DNA of 63,729 nt, filler included, from Octopus bimaculoides (lineage: Eukaryota), in the NCBI RefSeq assembly GCF_001194135.2. It is 6 parts of 5 records of this genome, joined end to end, with 100 filler letters (N's around TTAATTAATTAA, not from the genome) between each part and the next. Parts side by side here need not be neighbours in the genome. Positions count along the whole stretch, not along the records: positions 45,240 to 56,026 come from NC_068984.1; positions 56,127 to 60,164 come from NC_068984.1; positions 60,265 to 63,729 come from NC_068994.1; 3 more parts are not named here. One strand, written 5' to 3'. Shown piece after piece: positions 51,760-63,729 of this stretch (the stretch's first letter is position 1; each line of letters begins with the position of its first letter). A program made the translations under genes and the position numbers. The notes beneath the pieces were generated by a model, which made no database searches, was not told the origin of the DNA, and saw only the letters and a list, made by a program, of their open reading frames with translations.

Positions 51760-52619
51760 GTGAATATATATATATATANNNNNNNNNNNNNNNNNNNNNN
51801 NNNNNNNNNNNNNNNNNNNNNNNNNNNNNNNNNNNNNNNNNNNNNNNNNNNNNNNNNNNNNNNNNNNNNNNNNNNNNNNNNNNNNNNNNNNNNNNNNNNN
51901 NNNNNNNNNNNNNNNNNNNNNNNNNNNNNNNNNNNNNNNNNNNNNNNNNNNNNNNNNNNNNNNNNNNNNNNNNNNNNNNNNNNNNNNNNNNNNNNNNNNN
52001 NNNNNNNNNNNNNNNNNNNNNNNNNNNNNNNNNNNNNNNNNNNNNNNNNNNNNNNNNNNNNNNNNNNNNNNNNNNNNNNNNNNNNNNNNNNNNNNNNNNN
52101 NNNNNNNNNNNNNNNNNNNNNNNNNNNNNNNNNNNNNNNNNNNNNNNNNNNNNNNNNNNNNNNNNNNNNNNNNNNNNNNNNNNNNNNNNNNNNNNNNNNN
52201 NNNNNNNNNNNNNNNNNNNNNNNNNNNNNNNNNNNNNNNNNNNNNNNNNNNNNNNNNNNNNNNNNNNNNNNNNNNNNNNNNNNNNNNNNNNNNNNNNNNN
52301 NNNNNNNNNNNNNNNNNNNNNNNNNNNNNNNNNNNNNNNNNNNNNNNNNNNNNNNNNNNNNNNNNNNNNNNNNNNNNNNNNNNNNNNNNNNNNNNNNNNN
52401 NNNNNNNNNNNNNNNNNNNNNNNNNNNNNNNNNNNNNNNNNNNNNNNNNNNNNNNNNNNNNNNNNNNNNNNNNNNNNNNNNNNNNNNNNNNNNNNNNNNN
52501 NNNNNNNNNNNNNNNNNNNNNNNNNNNNNNNNNNNNNNNNNNNNNNNNNNNNNNNNNNNNNNNNNNNNNNNNNNNNNNNNNNNNNNNNNNNNNNNNNNNN
52601 NNNNNNNNNNNNNNNTATA

Positions 52620-53355
52620 TACATCATCTGCTCTCTCTTCCATTCTCTATTCATCGGGCAAACGGGACACCGCTTGGCTGACCGGTTCGTGGGACACCCC
52701 CGAGACATCCGACTCGGCAATGACACCCCGGTATCACGCCATTTCCGCTCTACGGTCACTCTTTGCAACACCTGTCCGTGTTCGGATTGTCCTTGCACAG
52801 GGGCCATCCGGACTACCGTTTTCGCCGTGTACAAGGATTAATCTTCTCTCTTCGCTCCTTTGCGCCATATGGGATCAACTCTCCTCCCTTCTTCATCTAG
52901 CCTCCTCTCTTTGCCTCTCTCCCTCTCACACCTACTTCCTCCCACCCAACTCGCCTCTCTTGTTCCTACTCCTACTTCTCTTCACTTCTACACTCTTTCT
53001 CTCTTCTCTCTTCTCTTCACTCCTACCCACCTTCTCCTTCTCCCTTCATCGTCAACCCTCCCTCGTAAACCCACCCCACTACACCATACCACACAACACA
53101 TCACATGACAACACACCACCACGCACACACCAGCACTGACCAATTCTCAGCCCCACATTTTCACACCTACACATGCACGCATGCACACGTCAAGATCACC
53201 AGCCCTCTTCCATACGCACATACGAACTCTCTTATACACACGCACGCACGCCTTCGTTTTGGGATCACCACTACTTTATTATCTCCCCTTCTTCCTAGCT
53301 CTCCTGTGTGACCCTTCTGTCCGGCATTCACCATGATAGATCGTTAGCCACTACA
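52620..53355 (+). mobile_element. Penelope-like retroelement 3' end: GIY-YIG endonuclease C-terminus (frameshifted) plus pyrimidine-rich 3' UTR
   Basis: Translation LFIGQTGHRLADRFVGHPRDIRLGNDTPVSRHFRS / GHSLQHLSVFGLSLHRGHPDYRFRRVQGLIFSLRSFAPYGINSPPFFI* (stop at 52900, frameshift near 52752) matches the PLE pattern YIGQT-R-RF-EH...HF...GH...P.G.N. Flanked by gaps. Confidence 0.85.
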
Positions 53356-53985
53356 NNNNNNNNNNNNNNNNNNNNNNNNNNNNNNNNNNNNNNNNNNNNN
53401 NNNNNNNNNNNNNNNNNNNNNNNNNNNNNNNNNNNNNNNNNNNNNNNNNNNNNNNNNNNNNNNNNNNNNNNNNNNNNNNNNNNNNNNNNNNNNNNNNNNN
53501 NNNNNNNNNNNNNNNNNNNNNNNNNNNNNNNNNNNNNNNNNNNNNNNNNNNNNNNNNNNNNNNNNNNNNNNNNNNNNNNNNNNNNNNNNNNNNNNNNNNN
53601 NNNNNNNNNNNNNNNNNNNNNNNNNNNNNNNNNNNNNNNNNNNNNNNNNNNNNNNNNNNNNNNNNNNNNNNNNNNNNNNNNNNNNNNNNNNNNNNNNNNN
53701 NNNNNNNNNNNNNNNNNNNNNNNNNNNNNNNNNNNNNNNNNNNNNNNNNNNNNNNNNNNNNNNNNNNNNNNNNNNNNNNNNNNNNNNNNNNNNNNNNNNN
53801 NNNNNNNNNNNNNNNNNNNNNNNNNNNNNNNNNNNNNNNNNNNNNNNNNNNNNNNNNNNNNNNNNNNNNNNNNNNNNNNNNNNNNNNNNNNNNNNNNNNN
53901 NNNNNNNNNNNNNNNNNNNNNNNNNNNNNNNNNNNNNNNNNNNNNNNNNNNNNNNNNNNNNNNNNNNNNNNNNNNNNNNNNNNNN

Positions 53986-54015
<30 letters not shown>

Positions 54016-54017
<2 letters not shown>

Positions 54018-55140
54018 TACAAATGATATATGAGCATATGCATGTATACATACATATATATACATACCTACATCTACATGTATATATAGATGCATATCCG
54101 GGTACAGGATGTCAGAAAAATGAGCGGGAACACAAAGCACAAAAACGGACTTTGTTTACAGACAACAGAACGAACACATAGGAAAACAGACGAGCCACTT
54201 ATGGAATTTTTCCTTCATCAGCTGCTTCTATTCTAAATTAGGCGTTTCGAAGATGAGGCAGAACACACTCTTAGAATAGCTCTTCCTGAGTAGTGGATTA
54301 ACCCACTAAACAGAGGATTCTAAGGTAGCAAACACAAATATATATATATGAACAGTATACGAGATGTGAATCATTAAATAATACATTCTCTCTGATGACG
54401 GACGCTGCGTCTAACATTTCGATAAGAATATCCTTCAAATCTATGGATTACTGTACCCCTGAAACGGCCGTAGAAGCACCACTACCTATTCATTTAAACT
54501 TGGCTAGCTATGTCTAATCATTGGAAACTTCAACCTCCATGTTTAAAACTTTTTTTATTCACTTTTTCTTAAGGATTTATACTTTTAAGATGTTAATATA
54601 TATTTTCATACATTCATGTTTTGACACATCAATATTTTTATACTTCAATATAGGTTTTCTACCCATATATGTATACAGGATTACCTTGATTTTCATACAA
54701 CTCTGGTCACGAATATCGTGCTTTATGTATATATCTATATATTGATATAGATATATATAAAACGGGATTTATTCGTGATTAGAATAAATGAATAGGAGAA
54801 AGACAGGAGATAAGGCACGATTTATTCGTGATCAGAGTCGTTCGAAAACTACGTTCTAGCTCTTTCTGTATATCTAGCCTCCCGACATGACTTGAAAATT
54901 CAGTGGCTCTCGTGAGAATTAATTCATTCATTGTGAAGCGATCGGAGTACAGTTTCTAAATTTTAGATACAAACACCGGATGACACTATAATTTTCCTAC
55001 TTAAGGAATTTTCACTGGAACTAAATTCATCTCTTCGCCAATCTACTCCACAGCCGATCAGACAACCAGGTGTAAAATTTGTAGTGCCATTACGTTACCT
55101 TTTAATTCATTCGCGGTACGTCGTTTCTGCACCTCTGATT

Positions 55141-55180
<40 letters not shown>

Positions 55181-55311
55181 AATACAAATGATATATGAGC
55201 ATATTCATGTATACATACATATATATACATACCTACATCTACATGTATATATAGATGCATATCCGGGTACAGGATGTCAGAAAAATGAGCGGGAACACAA
55301 AGCACAAAAAC
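54016..55311 (+). repeat. 131-bp direct repeat pair (54016-54146 and 55181-55311)
   Basis: 130/131 identical by eye (single g/t difference). Confidence 0.85.
54384..54476 (+). ncRNA. Degenerate hammerhead-like motif
   Basis: CTGATGA (54392-54398) ... CCCCT-GAAA-CGGCCG-TA-GAAG (54461-54476), with palindromic stem III and a GUA triplet. Stems I and II pair poorly. Confidence 0.4.
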
Positions 55312-57441
55312 ACACACACATATATATATTTATATATATAAGTATAATTATAAAACTATAATATTAATGAAGACCGCTGAATTGACGACGCCTGTACGCT
55401 AGAAATAGACGCCAAATGGACTACAAACCAATTAAGTTATTACTCCGGTACCACAAGGCTGTATCCAAAGAAAATGGATAGAAAGGATTTTAAAATATTG
55501 TGGACAACGCTATATCTTAAGATTTCATGGCTGCGATATTAAAAACGCTTTCCAATCTTCAATAGGGTCAACCAATCTTAAATATATGAGCAATACATAT
55601 ACATACCATAGATATACAGTCGTACAAATAAAGGGAAAAACTACAGATTTTGCTTCATATAAAGAACTTCACCTGTTAACAAAAACAAAAAGAAACCAAC
55701 CTGCTGGGTGTTAACAACTGTGTGGAAAACGAATATGACAAAAAAAATTTGCGCAAACGAACCCGGTGGGTGGAGAGAAGACTTTCGGAAAATTGACAAG
55801 ATCCGATTGTTTCCGTCATAACTTTCGGGAAAATGGATATATACTGATCTTTTTTTTTTATACGGAATCCCAAGTTTTTGGTTATGGTTGATCCGATTAT
55901 GAAAAAAAAAATTTTTTTTTTAATGGCATTTTCAAAAATAGCATTTTCAAAACGTCAATTACCCCCACCCCACCCCACTCTTCATTTTTCACTTTTTCCG
56001 GATTTTTTTTTTTTTTTTTTTTTTTTNNNNNNNNNNNNNNNNNNNNNNNNNNNNNNNNNNNNNNNNNNNNTTAATTAATTAANNNNNNNNNNNNNNNNNN
56101 NNNNNNNNNNNNNNNNNNNNNNNNNNTTTGTTTTTCACACATGCACTTGTGGTGTTTGGCTTTTCTTCATAGTGAAAATACAATAAAAGAGAGAAAAGAG
56201 ATTTTTCTTTTTTTAAATAAAAGTTGAAAATGTTTCAGAATACAATAAAATATTTTCAAACTAGTAAGCAAAAAATAACGAGAAATCAGAAAGTACTCAT
56301 TTTGCCCCAGTTTGCTATTTTGTCTAAAGAAAATGGTTAGATCTAAAAAACATAACATTTGAACATACATGCAATAATTTGAAAGCCCCCAAAAATTGCT
56401 TTTAGCTGTTAAGAGATGTAAATTTATAATTAAAACAAAAATCAAAATCTAAATTTTGGAACATATTTTGTATTTACCTGTTAGGAAGATTTTGAAGACT
56501 TACTGAAATAATAATGCTTAGCAGTGCTAATGTGTGTGTGTGTGTGTGTGTACGTGTGTGTGTCCCTTTGTTTTGTAATGGTCAGTTTGATGTCATCATT
56601 GGTCAGTCGCATTGGAAACAGGAATTCAACTAGACAATAAAACTTATTTAACAGTCTCTTTCTCTAGATACATTCACATCTACACACACACACACACATA
56701 CATACACACACACACACACATACATAGATACATATATACATACAAACAACATGTTTTTTACTTTTCTTTGTCACTTTTTTGGCACCATGCTGCTCTTGGA
56801 GACTTAAACTAGAGAGAACAAAACTTTTTTTCTGTTTATTTCTTTTTATCAATATATATATATATTCACACACACAAACACACAAATGCACATGCATTCA
56901 AACATACGTACATTCATTCATTCGTTAATACATACATACATACATACATACAAACATGTTTTGTTTTTTTTAAAATTTTCTTTGTCGTTTCACTGGCACC
57001 ATTCTTTTTTAAGGGACCGGTGCAGAGACAAAACTTTTTCTGAGTCTATTTCATTTTATCGGCCCAGTCTGCATAGCAAAATACAAAAAGAAAAATATTG
57101 ACAGAATGAAAAAATTAAGTTGATCAGGTATTAGGGGCCCTGATGCTTAAGCTTCATTAGTTTTATAGTAGATCCACCACTGGGTGTATTTATTTAACCA
57201 CTTGATATCATTAAGGTGATAACCGTTTTGCTGCCTTCTTAATGAAATAATAGTTTCAGTGCAGAATAAATTGTGTTTACTTGTTTGCATTAATATGCAT
57301 ACTACACATTGTACAATACATGTGTATATCAATTGTATATTTACACAAATCAATGCAAATAAAGAATGAAAGAATTGAATGGTGTGGAATGGGTTGAAAT
57401 GGAGTGGAAGTAAGGAGTAGCATCAGTGGAGGAAGAGAAAG

Positions 57442-57492
<51 letters not shown>

Positions 57493-57840
57493 TAGATAGA
57501 TAGATAGATAGATAGATACATAGATAGATAGATAAAGATTTATAGTATTGATAATGCACACATACACGTATATATATGAACAGAGATGAAAATTAACTAG
57601 TCATTTTATTCCCACCAGTCAGGAATTATTATCGAGTTTGTGAATTCAGCAAAAAGGTAAGAAAATCTTCCATCATTGATAAAAAGGCTTTCACAGCTGA
57701 GAAGATTCGTGGAATATTTTTTTTTTTTTTTTGTTTTGAGCATATTTTCCAAAAGTTTATACTGAAATCTTTTTGAAGTAATTGTTGAAAAAATGTGCTT
57801 GAACTGAAATTTCTTCATGTTTGATTCAAAAATATATAAA

Positions 57841-59554
57841 ATGAGTAGTGCAAGTAAAAAATATATTTGTCAATATCCAGAGGAATATTTAAAATTTCCA
57901 CGATAAACAGTCACCTTTCTGCCTCTTGTGCCAACAATGCTTAACCAACGAATCAATGAAACCAAATTGTTTTGAGTTGCATTTGAAGACGAAACATAGT
58001 GCATATGTAAAGGAGAAGTTTGCAAAAAGAACAACAATAACATCTCTGTTTACTACACAAACTGTTAATGTCTGTCATACTCTTGAGGCTAGTTATGAAA
58101 TTTCATTACTCATTGCTAAATGTGGAAAAAATCATACTATTAGAGAGAATTTAATTGAACCATCAATATCAGCATTTTTTAAGACAGTCCTAGAAAAAGA
58201 TGACAAAGTTGTTCAAGCTGCGCCACTCAGTAACAATACTGTTAGTAGAGGAATAGATGAAATGAGTGAAGATATTGAAACACAATTTGTTGAAAAGCTG
58301 AAATCAAGAAAATTCTCATTACAAATGGATGAATCAACTCTAAGAGACAGCTAGGTCGTATTGCTAACCTATGCAAGATATATCGATAAAGGTGAATTTG
58401 CTGAAGAAATGATATACTGCAAATCATTAGAATCCACCACTATCACCACTGTCATATATGATAAGCTAAAAGATTACTCAGATGTCAACAATATACCAAT
58501 AGAGAACATAACATCTTGTGCTGCAGATGGTGCTCTTGTTATGATGGGCAAGAAAAAAGGTTGCTTAAAATTGATGAAAAATGAGAACCCAGAAATGCTT
58601 CTTGTGCACTATGTTATTCATAGAGAGAACTTAGTATCCAAAAATATGTCTCCTGTTCTCAATGAGGTACTAAAATCAGTTATAAAATGTATCAATACTA
58701 TCAAAGCTAATGCCAAATGTGAGCGTCTTTTCAAACAATTTTGTGAAAATGCAGGCTATGTGAGACTTTTATCTCACACTGAGGTAAGGTGGCTCTCAAA
58801 GGGGAATTGCTTGAAAAGATTTATGGAACTATTTGATGTTTTTAGTGACTTTTTAAGTAACAAGCCTGAAATGAAGTACCTGCTAACCATTGATGGCAAA
58901 ACATTTGTGAGTTATTTAACAGATATCTTTGAAAAACTGAATATGTTAATTAAACAACTTCAAGGATCAAATAAAATTCTTATTGATGCAAAGACGAAGA
59001 TATTTGACTTTGTTACATTCATTGAGGTATGTCAAAAGATATTTCTGACAAAATGTTTGACCAGTTTCATTGGGTAAAAAAATGTGAAGTGACTGATGCT
59101 GCTGTACTTGTCATTGTGAATCATCTGAAAATATTGTCTACTGATTTGAAAGAGATTTTCTAATTTAAAACAAATTGATTTTCCAACATGGGTGATGCAG
59201 CCAATGCTAGTGGATATATCTGATGTTTTGATACAGTGCCAAGAAGAACTCTCGGAAATGCAAAATTATGAGTTGGTTAAAACTTTATTCAGTATAAAAG
59301 GAGTGATGTCATGTCTTTGTGATGAGACAAAAACCAAATACCCAAATTCAACCAACTTTGCAAGAAAATTGTTGTTACCATTCCCATCTTTATATTTAGC
59401 TGAATGTGGCTTTAGTGCTGTAAATGATTTGTTATTGAAGAAAAGAAATTGACTGGATATCACTAAATGAGGAGACTTGAGACTAAAGCTGACTAAATTG
59501 GTGCCTAATATAAAATCTCTCTGTAGCAGGCATGAAGCACAAGGATCTCACTAA
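57841..59554 (+). pseudogene. hAT (Buster/Charlie; SCAND3/ZBED8-like) transposase, disabled
   Basis: ATG at 57841; BED-like CQQC...HLKTKH; QMDEST, AADGA, H(Y)VIHRE, TEVRWLSKG and YLAECGFSAV motifs; ends RHEAQGSH*. Stop at 58352-58354, frameshift near 59040, further stops and deletions. Confidence 0.92.
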
Positions 59555-60264
59555 CTTTAGTTTACTTATTTTATATTCAAATATTTTATATTTCTGCATT
59601 TTAGTTCTCTATTATATGTTTGTTGTGTCTTGCTTGACACTGTTTTGTGTAGTATCATGATGATGTACTTCATCATCAGCCCAACGGCGTGCCTCACCAG
59701 CTCATGTCTGTCAACTATTTATTTGTAGTGGAACAGTCCACTTCTCTGGCTCAGGGATGTGCTCCACAACAATGTTTTTGAAACTTTATTTATTTAACTG
59801 TCCTGTTTTTCTTTTTTTCTTTTTCTCTTTCTTCAATGCCATGTTCTTTGGAAGCCTGTTTGACAATGCTATAAAAGTGGATGTATCAGGAGTGAAAGGG
59901 GTACCCAAGTACATTTGTTGTGTAGTGGCAGACCCAAAATATATGTCTGAATTGAAGGACTATAAGAAAAATCATGACTATAAATGATGGGTCAAGAAAC
60001 TGGACACCAGCTCAATGTCAAAACAAGTAAGTTTTCAGGATATTTGAAAAAAATATAATGTAAACATTCTTCAGAAGGATGGTAATTAGCTGTTGCTAAA
60101 AAGAAAAAAAAAAGCATTACAAACAAGTTTTAAAACAAAGGTTGTATTAACATGTTCAATGAAGNNNNNNNNNNNNNNNNNNNNNNNNNNNNNNNNNNNN
60201 NNNNNNNNTTAATTAATTAANNNNNNNNNNNNNNNNNNNNNNNNNNNNNNNNNNNNNNNNNNNN

Positions 60265-60534
60265 ATGGTGCCACATAAAAGCACTGGTGATGGTGCCACT
60301 TAAAAAACACTTGTGATGGTGTTGCTTAAAAAGCACGGGTGCTGGTGCCACATAAAAGCACCGATGATGGTGCTGTGTAAAAAAGCACCCCGTACACTTG
60401 CGAAGTGGTCAGCATCAGGAAGAGCATCCAGCCGTAGAAACTAAGCCAAACTCGATGATGAAACCTGGTGCAGCCTGGCCTTGCCTGCTTCTGTCAAGCC
60501 GTCCAACCCATGCCAGCATGGAAAATGGACATTA

Positions 60535-60572
<38 letters not shown>

Positions 60573-60578
60573 CGATGA
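60265..60578 (+). mobile_element. Diverged LINE 3' UTR copy with ~30-bp subrepeats and (GAT)n tail
   Basis: (tgatggtgccacataaaagcac)-type repeats, gaag.gcatccagccgtagaaac, ggacattagatgatgat. A related copy lies at 60800-61170. Confidence 0.7.
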
Positions 60579-61539
60579 CAATGAATACACACATACATGC
60601 ATGCATGCTATCATTTATAGCTTTATCATCTGCTTCGAGATCATAACTCAGAGCATAAAGGTGGACGAAATGTTGCTAAGTATTTTGCCCAGCATGCTAA
60701 CAATTCTTATTTCTTTATTGCGGTGGCGACGACGACGACAACGAAGGAGGAGGAAGAGGAGGAGGAGGTAAATGTATGTCTGTGTTTGGGTGGCTGGGTG
60801 AATGGTTATTTGTGTGTGTTACTGTCCCCTTGCTTTGACATTGCATGACAGTTGTAAGTGAGTGTCACCATCATACAAGCAGTGTCCTTCATTTCCAATC
60901 TTCGATGAAAACATGTCTGGTCAGGGATGAATATTACCTTACTTAGATGGAGGAGATGAAGGCAAGTAACAGGAAGGGCATCCAGCCATAGAATTCAAAT
61001 TCCATCTGGCTCATGCAAGCATTGGAAAGTGGACATCAGAATGATAATGATGATGATAGTAATGTTGATGATGATGATGATGACGCCGACGATGACGATG
61101 ATAATGATGATGATTGTGATGATAATGATGATGGTGGTGGTGATGGTGATGGTGATGGTTAGGAGTGGTGACGACAATGACAAACCCAGCTAAATATGAG
61201 CCAGAAACACGATGCACTGAACTGATGCTATATTATACCTTGTGTTCTTCATCCACTTGTTATCAAACTATTAATGAGCAGTTAACTGATTGAATAATTC
61301 ATATAGAAATTTAATAGTTATGATGAGGCAGGTTTTCCTTTTGTTCCACATTGTGTAACAACTACCTACAGCATCTCTATAACAACATGTTATTAACTGG
61401 AGTCTGAAGCTGATCTCTTGGTTTAATTCCTTAGTTAACTTCAGGGCCAACTTATATTCCCAGGTAAGTTGAAATGATTTCGTACAACTGACTAGACATC
61501 CAACCTCTTTTGGCAGCAGTATATTTTGGCATGAGGCAA

Positions 61540-61626
<87 letters not shown>

Positions 61627-61651
61627 CATGCAGAAATATAGACATACAGGT

Positions 61652-62062
61652 GCAGGCACAGCTCTGTGGTAAAAAGCCTGCTTCCCAACCACATGGTTCT
61701 GGGTTCAATGCCACTGTGTAATATCCTGGGCAAATATCTTCTACTAGAGCCTCAAAATGACCAAAAGCTTATGAGTGGATTTGGTAGATAGAAACTGGAA
61801 CAGGCCTCTCATATATTTATAAATATATATACACACACACACATACATATACATATGTGTGTGCCTATGTGTTTTTGTATCTGTTTGTCCCCCACCCCCC
61901 ATAACTTAGCAGTCCAGCAAAAGGAACCAATAGAATAAGTACCAGGCTTAAAAAGAAAAAGAACAGTACTGGGGTTAATTAATTCGCCGAAAAACTTTTA
62001 ACGGTAGAGTCACAGCATGGCCACAGTCTTATGGCTGAAACAAGTAAAAGTAAAAGAAAAAA
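61652..62062 (+). mobile_element. SINE family B, old copy
   Basis: Diverged head, body and (GTAAAA)n tail. Confidence 0.7.
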
Positions 62063-62489
62063 ACGCAGATAGAAACAATGATATGAAAAAGAGAGAGGGG
62101 GTTGAGAATAAGAGCAACATTAAAACAAGAGAAACAATTAAATGACTGGTATTAAATAAGTCAGCATTGATGCAACCATGCCAAATAAGCAGCACCAAAA
62201 CAGCTGTGCCATAATGTCTCATATCCATTTTTAGGAAATGCTTTCTTTATAAAAAAAAAAATACAATTTCTTTTCCTGAAGAGTGTCATAGCTCATGTTG
62301 AAGTCTCAGTATGAAATCATTTATTGTTTAGTTATTTTAATTATTAAAGACTACATTTTGATCAGCATGCACATTAGTTGTCAATATCTAAATATACCAG
62401 CTAAATATAAATTAACGTAAATTTAATTTTCAAGTAGATCAGAGAGTATCCCTGATCAAGTTACTTCTTTGTGTTGAGAGGTCATAACT

Positions 62490-62780
62490 CCAGTATTATG
62501 GACATTTGGTTAGAATGTCTTGAAGGAAACAACTGCAGGATGGATTCTTCAAGCCAAGCCAACTGGCAGGAAATCTATGTATAGATCAGGAATGAGATGG
62601 CTAGAGAATATCCATAGTCTCAGTTGGTCATGCTTGGAAATCCAGCCAGAAAGTCTAGTGACAATTGCTTCTGATAGGATCCTATGCAGGAGGGGCCTGA
62701 AGACTCTACCTCCATAACTCTCCCAAGAATTGTGATTAGAGCTAGAGGGATGGATGGATGGATGGATGGATGGATGGAAA
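62490..62780 (+). mobile_element. LINE ORF2 C-terminus with (TGGA)n tail
   Basis: YYGHLVRM...ILQAKPTGRK...RWLENIHSLSWSCLEIQPESLVTIASDR...LKTLPP, then (GGAT)n. Confidence 0.75.
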
Positions 62781-63184
62781 GAGTAAGCTAAGCAGAACCT
62801 TAAGTCAGTTGAGTGACTCCTCAAACTAGATGCCAGTTTAGAAAAGATCTAATCTAGCTATCTGACTATCTGACAACCTATCGTCTGCATTAACTGCTAG
62901 ATCATGATATCTGAAGGTGTTAAAAAAATCAACTTAATTTCAATTTTGAAATACTTCTGTCAACCATCCTATCCATGCATGCATGGAAGACGGACATCAA
63001 ATGATGATGATGATATACATATATATATATATATATATAATATAACAATTACCTCTATTAAACATCAGTGCTGAAATTTCAACACATTCCCCCACATATG
63101 TAAACATTTTGTTCCTCTAATACAAAAAAAAAAAAACAGTATGTAATAATAATGATGACGATAGTAATCATGATGATGATGATG

Positions 63185-63392
63185 ATTTCAAATATTTGCC
63201 ACAAAGGCATCTTGGAGAGGGGATTAAGTTGATTACATCAAACCCCATTGTGTAACTTGGCACTTATTTAATTGGCTCTGAAAGGGTGAAAGGCAAAGTC
63301 AACCTCAGTGAAATTTGAATTCAGAATGTTGCGACAGTCAAAATACCACTAAGCATTTCGCCCAGCATGCTAATGATTTTGCCAGCTCAAAG
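63185..63392 (-). mobile_element. SINE family A, old copy
   Basis: aaggcaaagtcaacctcagtgaaatttgaattcagaatgt...ttgccagctc (reverse complement of head and body). Confidence 0.75.
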
Positions 63393-63446
63393 CCTTCTTA
63401 ATAATAATAATAATAATAGTAATAGTAGTAGTAGTAGTAGTAGTAG

Positions 63447-63530
<84 letters not shown>

Positions 63531-63533
<3 letters not shown>

Positions 63534-63729
63534 GGCTGTAAAGATCAATTATTGATCAATAAAGCCATAACTGAAGACAGCCGCAGAAAGAAGAAAGGCC
63601 TCAGTATGGCCTGGGTGGACTACCAAAAGGCTTTTGACAGTGTTCCCCACACGTGGATTCTGGAAACACTAGCCATAAACAAGGTGGCACCAATTATCAT
63701 AAAATACATAGAGCACTCAATGAACAAAT
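63531..63729 (+). mobile_element. R4/Dong-like non-LTR retrotransposon RT fragment, 5'-truncated, open to window end
   Basis: YGCKDQLLINKAITEDSRRKKKGLSMAWVDYQKAFDSVPHTWILETLAINKVAPIIIKYIEHSMNK with no stops. It starts directly after a (TAA)n run. Confidence 0.8.

Noticed and set aside
54200-54330. Minus-strand GAAA ... CUGAUGA-A-GGAA-AAA-UUCC as a type II or further type I hammerhead
   Set aside because: No NUH site with a stem III after GAAA, and no GAAA after the GGAA/UUCC hairpin.
59757-60030. ORF ...KYICCVVADPKYMSELKDYKKNHDYK with a downstream GTAAGT donor
   Set aside because: In-frame TGA before the donor, no clear acceptor and no recognisable family.
62270-62325. CTGAAGA...GAAA on plus
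   Set aside because: Stem II is mostly wobble pairs and there is no stem I complementarity.

Overview
AT-rich, repeat-dominated animal genomic DNA. The SINE, LINE, MITE and microsatellite landscape looks cephalopod (Octopus-like); this is inferred from repeat character, not a database hit. The window has many N gaps and five artificial 44N-TTAATTAATTAA-44N scaffold-join spacers. I cannot firmly identify any host protein-coding gene; there are only weak minus-strand exon candidates. Nearly all ORF-track entries are microsatellite or N-run artefacts. Recognisable coding remnants are all mobile: RTE-type LINE fragments, a piggyBac remnant, a decayed Buster/Charlie hAT transposase, a Penelope-like GIY-YIG endonuclease C-terminus, and an open R4/Dong-like RT fragment starting inside a (TAA)n run. 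The most interesting signal is RNA-level. A complete type I hammerhead ribozyme lies on the minus strand at 1345-1436. A head-to-head pair of SINE-like elements at about 10.3-10.87 kb (tRNA-like head on one arm) each carries a minimal Penelope-type hammerhead. Further degenerate hammerhead-like motifs lie at 7.66, 34.35 and 54.4 kb.
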